DNA of 64,000 nt from Lama glama (taxonomy: Eukaryota): assembly GCA_028534125.1 (NCBI GenBank), contig CM052816.1, positions 14,944,001-15,008,000 on the forward strand, written 5' to 3'. Positions 1 through 10,431 of this stretch are shown piece after piece. The position numbers and the translations under genes are program-made. Every line of letters begins with the position of its first letter. The first letter of the stretch is position 1. Below the pieces are notes generated by a model that saw only the letters and a program-made list of their open reading frames with translations, ran no database searches and had not been told where the DNA came from.

Positions 1-40
1 TGGAAAGCAAGAAGTAAAACTATATTCACAGATCAGACTT

Positions 41-182
41 CAGTTTTAAGTTTCCTCATCTGAAAAAAAAAATATACCGATGGTATCTACTTCATGAAGT
101 TGCAATAATTAAGTGAAACAATGCTTATGAAATGTTCAGCCTAGTGCTTAGGACATCATAGTGTTTTATGAATGGTATTTTA
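41..182 (+). mobile_element. MIR SINE fragment (core and 3' end)
   Basis: AGTTTCCTCATCTG...TACTTCATGAAGTTG...AGTGCTTAGGACATCATAGT resembles the MIR core and 3' consensus. Confidence 0.75.
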
Positions 183-264
183 AGTAGCGATACACTGAAA
201 GCAAGAACTTATCTACACAGTCCTTTTTACTCCTACAAACAAATGTAAGTCTAAATGACTCCTA

Positions 265-558
265 AAAGAGAACCCTTGTACATTGTTGGTGAGAATGTAA
301 ATTGGTGCAACCAGTATGGAAGACAGTATACAGGTTTCTCAAAAAATTAAAAATAGAATTATCATATGATCCAGCAATTACATGTCTGGATATATACCCG
401 AAGGAAATGAAACTACTATCTCAAAGAGATATTTGTACCCCCATGTTCATTATAGCATTATTCACAATAGCTAAGATGTGGAAAAAAACCTAAGTGTCCA
501 TTAGCATATGAATGGATGAAGAAAATGTGATATCTGTCTCATAACACACACACACACA

Positions 559-591
<33 letters not shown>

Positions 592-684
592 GGGATTAGC
601 AGATACACACTACTGTATATAAAATGATATGGAATATCAGGAAAACAATGTGTTAACTAATCTTATTGTGGTAAACATTTTGCA
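265..684 (+). mobile_element. L1 fragment (ORF2 C-terminus and 3'UTR)
   Basis: ORF 302..493 ([25 protein letters not shown]...CTPMFIIALFTIAKMW) is the L1 ORF2 C-terminal region. Confidence 0.85.
544..583. repeat. Compound microsatellite (CA)n(CT)n
   Basis: Directly visible. Confidence 0.95.
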
Positions 685-1037
685 CCTGAAAGGGGAGCAA
701 CAGAGTAGTGACCCAAGCAAGGTGGTTTCCAAAGAAATCAAAGAATATCTTAGATCCAACCACAGAAGAGCCTTTGCTCTCAAATAGGAAGCCAGATGCA
801 TAGAAGCTTGACATTTCCAAGTATTACTTGTAGACTTCTTTTTTGTTTTCTGAGAAAAATCTATGTATCTGAGATGTTCCGCCTTTGAAAATTTCTTCTT
901 AAAATTCCAGAATGTACATGGGGATGTGCATAAGATTTGGCTAAATTTTCCATCACTGGATACTACACAGTCAGTTCAATTTCCACTTTGTTGTTGTTGT
1001 TGCTATGGTGACATTAAAGCTCTACTCTCATAGTAAC

Positions 1038-1487
1038 TTTTTTTAAAAAACTGAAGTATAGTTAATTTACAGTATTGTGTTTCAGGTGTGCAGCAAAGTG
1101 ATTCAGACATATATATAGACATATATGTACATACATAATATTTTTCAGATTCATTTCTATTATAGGTTTTTACAAGATATTGAATATAGCTCACTGTGTC
1201 ATACAGTAAATCTTTGCTGTTTATCTGTTCTATATATGGTAGTATGTATCTGTTACTCTTAATCCCTACCCCCTTCTCCTTTAGTAACCATAAGTTTGTT
1301 TTCTATTTCTGTGAGTCTGGTTCTGATTTGTAAGTTTATTTGGATTTTTTTTAGATTCCACATATAAGTGATATATAATACTTGTCTTTCTCTGTCTGAC
1401 TTACTCATTTAGTATGATAACCTCCAGGTCCATCCATGTTGCTGCAAATGGCAATATGTCATCCTTTTTATGGCTGAGTAATATTCC

Positions 1488-1534
<47 letters not shown>

Positions 1535-3029
1535 TTTCTTGTCTGGTTGCTGTGGCTCACAGCAGTTTTTAAGTGTATCACATGGTATTGTTAACTACAG
1601 TCAAGATCTTCTTTATCCAGTCATCTGATGGACAGTTAGTTTGTTTCCATGTCTTGGCTATTGTAAATACTGCTGGCTGTGTTGCTTTTGGAGCACCTGG
1701 TATCTTTTCAAATTATTAGAGTTTTCGTCTTTTCCAGATATATGCCCAGGAATGAGACTGCTGGATCATATGGTAGCTCTATTTTTAGTTTCTGATGGAA
1801 CCTCCAAAATGTTTTCCGTAATGGCTGCACCAATTTACATTCCCACCAACAGTGTACAAGGGTTTCCTTTTTTTCTATACCTTGTCCAGTATTTATTATT
1901 TTTTTGATAATGGCCATTCTGACTGGTCAGAGGTGATACTTAATTTTAGTTTTCATTTGCATTTCTCTGCTAATTAGCGATGTTGAGCATCTTTTCATGT
2001 GCCTAATGGCCATCTGTGTATCTTCTTTGAAGAAATGTCTGTTTAGATCTTCTGCCCATTTTTTGATTGGGTGGTTTGTTTTTTTGATATTGAATTGCCT
2101 GGTCTGTTTGTATATTTTGGAAATAAAGCCCTTGTCAGTCACATCGTTTGCATATATTTTCTTTCATTCTGTAGGTTGTCTTTTTGTTTTGTTTATGGTT
2201 TCCTTTGAGGTGCAAAAGCTTATAAATTTGATTAGGTCCCATTTGTTTACTTTTGCTTCTATTTCTTTTGCCTTGAGGGACTGAGCTAAGAAAATATCAC
2301 TGTGACTTATGTTAGAAAATGTTTTGCCTATGTTTTCTTTTAGGAGGTTTATAGTGTCTCTTTTTTTTAATATCTTTAAGCCATTTTGAGTGTATTTTTG
2401 TGTATGGTGTGAGGGAGAGTTCTAACTTCATTGATTTACATGTGGCTGTCCAGCCTTCCCAGCACCATTTGCTGAAGAGACTGTCTTTTCTACATTGTAT
2501 GTTCTTGCCTCCTTAGCCAAAGATTAATTGACCACAGGTGTGTGGGTTTATTTCTGGGCTCTCTGTCCTGTTGATCTGTATGTCTGTTCTTGTGCCAATA
2601 CCGTGCTCTTTAGATTATTGCAGCTTTGTAGTATTGTCTGAAGTCTGGAAGGGTTATGACTCCTTGTTCTTTTTCCTCAGTATTGCTTTGGCAATTCTGG
2701 GTCTTTTGTGGTTCCATATAAATTTTAGGATTATTTGTTCTAGTTCTGTGAAAAACGTCATGGGTTATTTGATCACATTAAATTGGCAGATTGCTTTGGG
2801 TAGTATGGCCATTTTAACTATTAATTTTTTCAATCCAAGAGCATGGGATATCTTTCCATTGCTTTCTTGAATCTTGCTGAATTCATTTATCAGTTCTGAT
2901 GGTTTTTGTGTGTAGTCTTTAGGGTTTTCTATATAGAGTATCATGTAATCTGCATATAATGACAATTTTACTTCTTCCCTTCTGATTTGGCTATCTTTTA
3001 TTTCTTTTTCTTGTCTGGTTGCTGTGGCT
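1038..3029 (-). mobile_element. 5'-truncated L1 (~2 kb, ORF2 3' part plus 3'UTR; L1MA9-like/artiodactyl)
   Basis: Minus-strand ORFs 1708..1917, 1927..2142 and 2765..2965 give ORF2 peptides (SLYADYMILYIENPKD, the RT FADD region; [15 protein letters not shown]); L1 3'UTR and T-rich tail at the left end. Confidence 0.9.
1490..1532. repeat. (TG)n microsatellite, ~21 units
   Basis: Directly visible. Confidence 0.97.
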
Positions 3030-4330
3030 CACAGCATTTTTTAAGTATATAACATGGTATTGTTAACTACAGTCACCATGCTGTACATCAGATCCCCAGA
3101 ACTTATTTTCTTATAACTCAAAAGTTTCTACCCTTTGATTAACATCTCATTTCCTCTCTCTGTTTCTATGAGTTTGATGTTTTTAGATTCCATATATATA
3201 TATACCATAGATACTCAATATTTATTAAATATGCATATAGTAAAGTATGTATTCTAGATACTAGTTCTTTGTCAGATACGTGGTTTATAGATCCTTTCTT
3301 CCACTCTGTAGCTTGTCTTTCTCATCCTCTTAACAGAGTCTTCTGCAAAGCAAAAAATTTTAATGGTATGTTTTATCAATTTTCCCTTTTTTGGATATTG
3401 CTTTTGCTGTCAAGGTCAATAACCCTTTGACAGTTTTTCTGAAAGTGTGATTATTTTGCATTTTAAATTTAAGCCCATTATCTATTTTATTTTTGGATAA
3501 GGTGTGAGACATAGTTTGAAGGTCAGATTTTTGCCTATGGATATCCAGTTGCTCTAGTACTAGTTGTTTAAAGGACATCTTTCATACATTGAATTGCTTT
3601 TGCGCCTTTGTCAAAAAATTGGTTAGGTATATTTCTGAGTCTATTTATGGGTTCTCTATTCTGTTCCAATGACCTATGTGTTTATCCCTCCACCAATATC
3701 ACACATTCTTGATAATTGTAACTATATAGTAAGTCTTGAAATGAGCAGACTAATGCCTCTCCTTTATTCTTTTAAAAAATTATTTTACCAATCTAGTTCC
3801 TTTGTATTTCTGTATAAAATTTGTTATTGAAGCATAGTTGATGTATAATATTATATAAGTTTCAGGTGTACAACATAGTGTTTCACAATTTTTAAAGGCT
3901 ATAATCCATTTATAGGTATTATAAAAATTTTGGTTATATTCCCTGTTGTGTACAATATATCCGTGTAGCTTACTTATTTTGTACATAGTATCCATATACA
4001 TTTTAGATAAATCTTGCCTATATCTGCAAAAATTTTTGTTAGGATTTTAATAGAAATAACCTGTATATCAACTTGGAGAGAATAGACATCCTGAGTTTTC
4101 CAGTACGTGAATACAGCATGTCTCTCCATTTATTTAGACCTTCTTTGATTTTTCCATCAGTATTGTGTATTTTTCAGCATACCAGTCCTGTCCATGTTTT
4201 ATTATATTTACACTTAAGTATTTCATTTTCTTTTGAGTGACTGTAAATGGTATCACCTTTTTTATTGAAGTATAGTCATGTCCATGTGTTAATTACTAAT
4301 ATATAGAAATACAGTTACTTTTAAACTTAA
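3030..4330 (-). mobile_element. Older L1 (L1MA/MB/MC-type) fragments with a nested younger L1 3' end at ~3822-3990
   Basis: Degenerate reverse-strand ORF2 and 3'UTR motifs (ATATCCAGTTGCTCTAG, ATTTATTTAGACCTTCTTTGATT). Confidence 0.75.
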
Positions 4331-4369
4331 GTATTTATTTTACTAAATTGAATACTTCAATTTTTAAGT

Positions 4370-5347
4370 ATTGAAATATAGTTTATGTACATTATTAGAT
4401 GTTACAGGTATACAATATAGTAATTCACAATTTTTAAAGGTTATATATTCCATTTATAGTTATTATAAAATATTGACTATATTCCCCATGTTCTACAATA
4501 CATCCTTGTAGCTTATTTTATACCTGATAGTTTGTACCTCTTAATCCACCACTTCCATCTTGCCCCTCCTCCTTCCCTCTTCCCATTGGTAACCACTAGT
4601 TCCTCTCTACATCTGTGAGTCTGTTTCTTTTCTGTTATATTCACTAATTTGTTACATTTTTTAAGATTTGACATGTAAGTGATATCTTACAGTATTCATC
4701 TTTCTCTGTCTTCACTTAGCATAATGCCTTCCAAGTCCACCCATGCTGTACACCAGAAACTAATACAATACTTCAAATCAACTGTATTTCAATTGAAAAG
4801 CAAGCAAACAAAAAACCAACCCATTTAAAATATGAGCAGAAGACCCAAATAGACATTTTCCCAAAAGAGGAAATGCAGATGGCCAACAGGAACATGAAAA
4901 GTTGCTCAACATCACTAATGTCAGGGAAATGCAAATCAGAATCACAATGAGATATCATCTCACACTTGTCAGAATAGCCATCATCAAAAAGAACACAAAT
5001 AACAAATGTTGGCAAGGATGTGGAGAAAAGGGAACCCTTGTATGCTGTTAGTGGGAATGTAAATTGATGCAGCCACTATGGAAAACAATATGGAGGTTTC
5101 TCAAAAACCTAAAAATAGAACCACCATATGCCCCAGCAGTTCCACTCCTGGACATATATCCGAGAAGAACAAAAACATTAATTCAAAAAGATACATACAC
5201 CCCATTATTAGCAGCAGCATTATTTATAATTGCCAAGATATGGAAGCATCCTATGTGCACATCAATAGATGAATGGATAAAGATGTGGCATATATATGTA
5301 ATCAAATACAACTCACCTATAAAAAAAGAAGGATATTTTGCCATTTG
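4370..5347. mobile_element. L1 with inverted structure: minus-strand 3'UTR (4370-4747) joined to a plus-strand ORF2 C-terminus (~4805-5347)
   Basis: ORF 5064..5348 is the ORF2 C-terminus on +. It ends at TTGCCATTTG, and the minus-strand piece starts at the adjacent L1 position (CAGCATGGGTGGACTTGG). Confidence 0.75.
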
Positions 5348-5362
5348 AGGCCCTTCATTCAC

Positions 5363-5540
5363 TTTTTTTTTTGAATTAAGGTAGATTTATTTAGAGAGAT
5401 ACATCCTGCATAGAGTATAAGGCAAGAGAAAGGCAAGGAGAGAGGTGTGGAAATTGGGTGCTCAGGTTAAAGTAAAAGTAGATACACACTCCATAGACAG
5501 AGTGCGGATCATCTCCAAAGTGGAGAGAGAGCACAAAGGG
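5363..5540 (-). mobile_element. Short polyadenylated LTR-like retrocopy flanked by a TSD
   Basis: CCTTCATTCACTTTTTTT direct repeat at ~5352 and ~5541; the minus strand ends CTCTCTAAATAAATCTACCTTAATTC followed by an A run. Confidence 0.7.
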
Positions 5541-5654
5541 CCTTCATTCACTTTTTTTCACTTCAAAAACCATAATTTTATAACTGGCACAAACATTTCC
5601 ATTGCATCAAAAACAATAAAATACCTAGAAATAAACTAAACCAAGGAGGTTACC

Positions 5655-7080
5655 TGTACCTTTTGTAGAGGGTGTCCTGTGTGTCCCAGCAGCACACTCC
5701 CCTTTTGTCTCCCAAGCTATATGCTCTAGGGGTTTCTCCCTGTGAGGGCTGTATGGGTCATTCTGTTGTGGTGGCCTATGTGGGAGGTCTGGTAGGCTAG
5801 ACTGACCCCCAGTCCAGTTGGTTGCCAGACTCTGTCTTGTGTGGAGGCTGCCAACTGCTGGTTGGTAGGACTGGGGGCTCTGGAGCTTAAGCTGGCTCAC
5901 TGGTGGGCAGAGTCAGGGTCCAGAAGACTCTGGGACTGTTGCTTGCACACTGGTGGGTGATGCCAGGTCCCGGAGTTAGTGCTGGCCTACTGATGGACAG
6001 AGACAGGTCCTGGAGTCTGATTGCAGGACCCAGCAGTCCCAGAGCTGGTGTCTTATTGATGGGGAGTAGTTCCTGACACAGTTGGGTAAGAAGCTTATGT
6101 TGGCCTGTGGTGGATAAGGCTGTCGCCCAGCTGATTCCAGGGCAGATTCTGGCCTGCTGATGGGCAGTCTGGGGGATTGTAGTTTAATTGAGTCTTGTTT
6201 CTGCTTCCTGGTGGGTGAGCCTTGTCCAGACTAGAGCAGGCTCCCTGGAGGGTAGGGACAGGGACCAGGGGGTTCTGGGACCAGTGCCAGCTGACTGATA
6301 GGTGGATCTGCATCCTGGGCCCTCTGGTGGGCAGGGCTATGTTCAGAGCTCAGGGAGTCTTAAGGCAGCCTGTCTGCTGTTAGATGTGGCTGTGTCCCTA
6401 CCCAGTTAGTTGGTTGGCCTAGCACTGACACCTTCTAGGCTATTGGGTGGGGCCAGGTGTTGGCTATAATGAGCTAAAGGGAAGATTTCACAAAGGCACT
6501 TGCCATCACCAGTGTCCACAATTAGAAGGAGCTCCCAAAATAGCTGCTGCCAGTGTCTGTGTTCCCAGGGTGAGCTTCAGTTGCCTCCTGCCTCTTCAGG
6601 AGACTACAAGATCAGCAGGTAGGTCTGACCCAGGCTTCTCTCAAATTATGGCTTCTGCCCTGGGTAGCAAAACATGTGAGATTTTGTGTGCTCCTTCTCT
6701 ATTTCTCCAGCCCTCTGAGACTTCTGAAAGTAAGCCCCACTGGCCTTCAAAGCTACATGCTCTCGGGGCTCATCTTCCTGGTGTAGGAGCCCCAGGCTGG
6801 GGAACCTGACATGGGGCTCAGACCTCTCTCTCCTTTGGGAAAACCTTTGCAATATAATTATTCTCATTTGGAAGTATGGGACTTGACTATATCATGAGTC
6901 TGCCTCTCCTACTTATCTTGTTGTGGCTCCTTCTTTATGTCTTTTGTTGTAGAAAATCTTTTTTGTCAGATTCCAGTCTTTTTCATTGATTGGTTATTCT
7001 GCAGATAGCTGTGATTTTCGTGTGCCCATGAAAGGAATTGAGTTCATGGTCTTTCTACTTTGCCATCTTGGCCATTCCCC
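5655..7080 (-). mobile_element. L1 5'UTR (promoter region; L1MA9-like 5' end)
   Basis: Minus strand begins GGGGAATGGCCAAGATGGC (YY1 motif typical of L1 5' ends); similar to the plus-strand L1 5'UTR at 26921. Confidence 0.8.
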
Positions 7081-8166
7081 TTAGGATTTTTGAATTGAGA
7101 CTTTCCCTCTATCTAAATGTATGTGCTTTGTACTATAAATTTCCCTCCTAGTGTGGTTTTTAGCTGTTGTCGGAAATTTTGATATGTTGTATTTTCATTC
7201 AATTCAGTGCATTTTTAAGCTTCCCTTGAGACTGCCTCCTTGACCCATAGATTACTTAAATGTTTGTTACTTAATTTGCAACTGTTTTGGAGATTTTTAT
7301 CTTATCCTTCTATTATTGTTTCTGGTTTGCTTCCATTATGATTGCAGAGTAACTTCTGTATCATTTAAATTCTTTTAAATTTGTTGAGGTTTGTTTTATG
7401 GCTCAAGATATAGTCTATCTTTGTATATGTTGTGTAAGCTCTTGAGAAGAGTGTAGTTCTTCTCTTACTATGTTCCAAGACTCTGAATTTTATTTAAACC
7501 TTCTGCATTAACTGAGTTCTCTTACACTGCTGTGGTAAAGGAAGGGAGAAAATTGACTGATTACTTCCAGGGAGAGGTGGAAGTCCAGGTTCCCCACCTG
7601 GATGCTGTTGACGTATGAAGAGGTAGGCTGCTCCTTACGTGGGTGGGTGAGAGTTCCAGTTTCCCACATTCTCTCCACTGATGTTGTGGCAGGCGATGGG
7701 TAGTAGTGGGGAGGCCTGCTACACAGGAGTGTGAAAGACAAGTCTTTCCACTCAGCTTTGCTGGCGTGGATGGTAGGCGATGTGTACTTTTTTCTGTGAT
7801 GTTTAACCAGGGTAAAGCAATCTTCATCTAAAAGTTTTCTGTCTTGCTAGGCTTCCCCTTTACTGATCCATTAGGCAGAGAGAGTAGGTTTTTTTTTTTT
7901 AAGGCTTCTTTTGTCTGTGACTATTGGCATTTCTGGATTGCTAGTTTCTTAAACTCCAGGTGTAATATATGTTAAGAAAAAAAAGTAAGAAACTCATGAC
8001 TGTGTTGTCGTTCTATTTCCTTGTTCCCTAGCTGGTCTGCCCTCTTCTCTCTACCTTTTAAATTTTCTTACGTTCATTTTGTGTATACTTTGCAAGGTTT
8101 TTCATTGTACTTCTCAAGAAGTATAGCGAAAAGTATGTTTATTCCATCTTTCTGGAGGTGAAAGTC
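7081..8166 (-). mobile_element. Old L1 (L1M4/L1MC-type) ORF2 5' part and 5' end
   Basis: Degenerate endonuclease-region sequence; minus strand starts GACTTTCACCTCCAGAAAGATGG, resembling L1M4-type 5' ends. Confidence 0.6.
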
Positions 8167-8411
8167 TTAAATTCTAGTGTATTCTAGTGTTTATAATCAT
8201 TGCTATTTTCTCAATTTAGTGATTGTGTCAGTCAATAAAGAAATATGGTTGGGAATGGTGGAGAGAATCAACAGGAGTAGAGTGACCTGGAGGCTGAGAT
8301 TAGTTTCGCTAATTTTTTATTTAGAATTTTTGCATCTGTTTATAGTGACATTAGGCAATAATTTTTCTTTTTTCTCTTGACCAGTTTTAGTATCATAAAT
8401 GAGTTGATGGA

Positions 8412-8868
8412 TGCACCAGGAATCCTCAAGACCATCCCCAGTTTTGATGATTTGCTAGGAGGACTCAGAGGACTCAGCATATAGTTTTACTCACAACAAA
8501 GAAATATTAGAACAAAAAGGTAAAAGCCAAATCAGCAAAAAGGAAAGGTACATGGGTGAAGCCTGGAGGAAACCAGGCACAAGCTCCCCCAAATGCTGTC
8601 CTTGTGGAGTTAACACAGGTCACACTTGATTCCTCCAGTGATGAATTATGACAACTTGTTGGAAATGATGTCTACCGTAGAAGCTCATTAGAAACTCAGA
8701 GACCAAGGTTTTTACTGGGAGGTGGTCATTTAGCTACCTTGTACTTGGTGTGTACCACAGTTCCAGACTCCCAAAAGATTTTCAGCATAAACCACACTGA
8801 GCCACTCTTATCTAGGGAAAGTTTTGTGTCAGTGTAGTGTACTGTTTATGAGTCAAGTCCCCCATTGC
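8412..8868 (-). mobile_element. MER21-family LTR fragment
   Basis: CAAGACCATCCCCAG...GATTTGCTAGGAGGACTCAGAGGACTCAGCATATAG...GGAGGAAACCAGGCACAAGC matches the reverse of MER21. Confidence 0.75.
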
Positions 8869-9243
8869 CTGTGCTTTTGGTATTATACCCTAGAAATCAT
8901 TGCCTAGGCCAATGTCAAGAAGCCTTATCCTAGGTTTTCTTCTAGACGTTCTAGGTTCATGTGTTAGATTTAAGTCTTTAATCCATTTTGAGGTAATTTT
9001 TTAATGGTGTAATACAAGGTCTCAGTTTCATTCTTTTGCATGTGGATATCCAGTTTTTCTAATGCTATTTATTGAAGAGTCTATCCTTTCTCCATTGAGC
9101 ATTCTTGGCTCCCTTGTCAAAGATCTATTGACCACATATGCATAGTTTTATATCTGGTTCTGTATTCTACTCCATTGGTTAATACATCTGTTTTTATGCC
9201 AGTACTGTAGTGTTTTTATTACTGTGGTTTTGTACTATATTTT

Positions 9244-9864
9244 TTTTTACATTTTTTTTACTGAATTATAGTCATTTTACAATGTTGTGTCAAATTCCAT
9301 TGTAGAGCACAATTTTTCAGTTATACATGAACATACATATATTTATTGTCACATTTTTTTCACTGTGAGCTACCACAAGATCTTGTATATATTTCCCTGT
9401 GCTATACAGTATAATCTTGTTTATCTATTCTGCATATGCCTGTCAATATCTACAAATTTTGAACTCCCAGTCTGTCCCTTCCCACCCCCTGCTCTCTTGG
9501 CAACCACAAGTTTGTATTCTATGTCTATGAGTCTGTTTCTGTTTTGTATTTATGTTTTTTTTTTTTAGATTCCACACATAAGCAATCTCACATGGTATTT
9601 TTTTTCTCTTTCTGGCTTACTTCACTTAGAATGACATTCTCCAGGAGCATCCATGTTGCTGCAAATGGCGTTATGTTGTCAGTTTTTATGGCTGAATAGT
9701 ATTCTATTGTATAGATATACCACCTCTTCTTTATCCGGTCATCTGTTGATGGACATTTAGGCTGTTTCCATGTCTTGACTATTGTAACTAGAGCTGCTAT
9801 GAACATTGGGATGCAGGTGTCTTTCTGAAGTAGTGTTCCTTCTGGATATTTGCCCAGGAGCAGG
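9244..9864 (-). mobile_element. Young camelid-type L1 3' end, 5'-truncated, with 18-bp TSD
   Basis: TSD GGTTTTGTACTATATTTT at 9226-9243 and 9865-9882; ORF 9588..9806 is the ORF2 C-terminus. Confidence 0.9.
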
Positions 9865-10431
9865 GGTTTTGTACTATATTTTGAAATCAGGAAATGTGAT
9901 GCCTCCAGCTATTTGTTTTTTGAAGTTACTTTGGCTATTTGGGGTCTTTTGTGGTTCCATGTGAACTTCAGGATTGTTTATTTGTATTAAAAATGCCATT
10001 AGGATCTTGATCTATATTGAATCTGTAGATTGCTTTAGGTAGTATGGACATTTTAACTTAATTTTCTCATATATGACACAAGGTATTTTCCCATTTATTT
10101 GTGGTGGTTTTGATTTGTTTTTTATTGTGTTGTTTTGAATAGTTTTCAGTGTGGAAATCTTTCACCTCCTAGCTAAGTTTACACCTAAGTATTTTATTGT
10201 TTCTGATGCTAATGTAAGTGGTATTGTTTTTCTCATTTCCTTTTTGGATAGTTTGTTGTTAATGTATAGAAATGCAACTCACTTTTTACATTAATTTTGT
10301 ATCCTACAACTTTACTGATTTAATTTGTTCTGTTTTTTTGTATGTGGAGTCTTTAGGGTTTTCTACACAGTAGATCATGTCATCTGCAAACAAAGATAAT
10401 TTTAGTTCTTTCTTTCTGATTTGACTACCTT

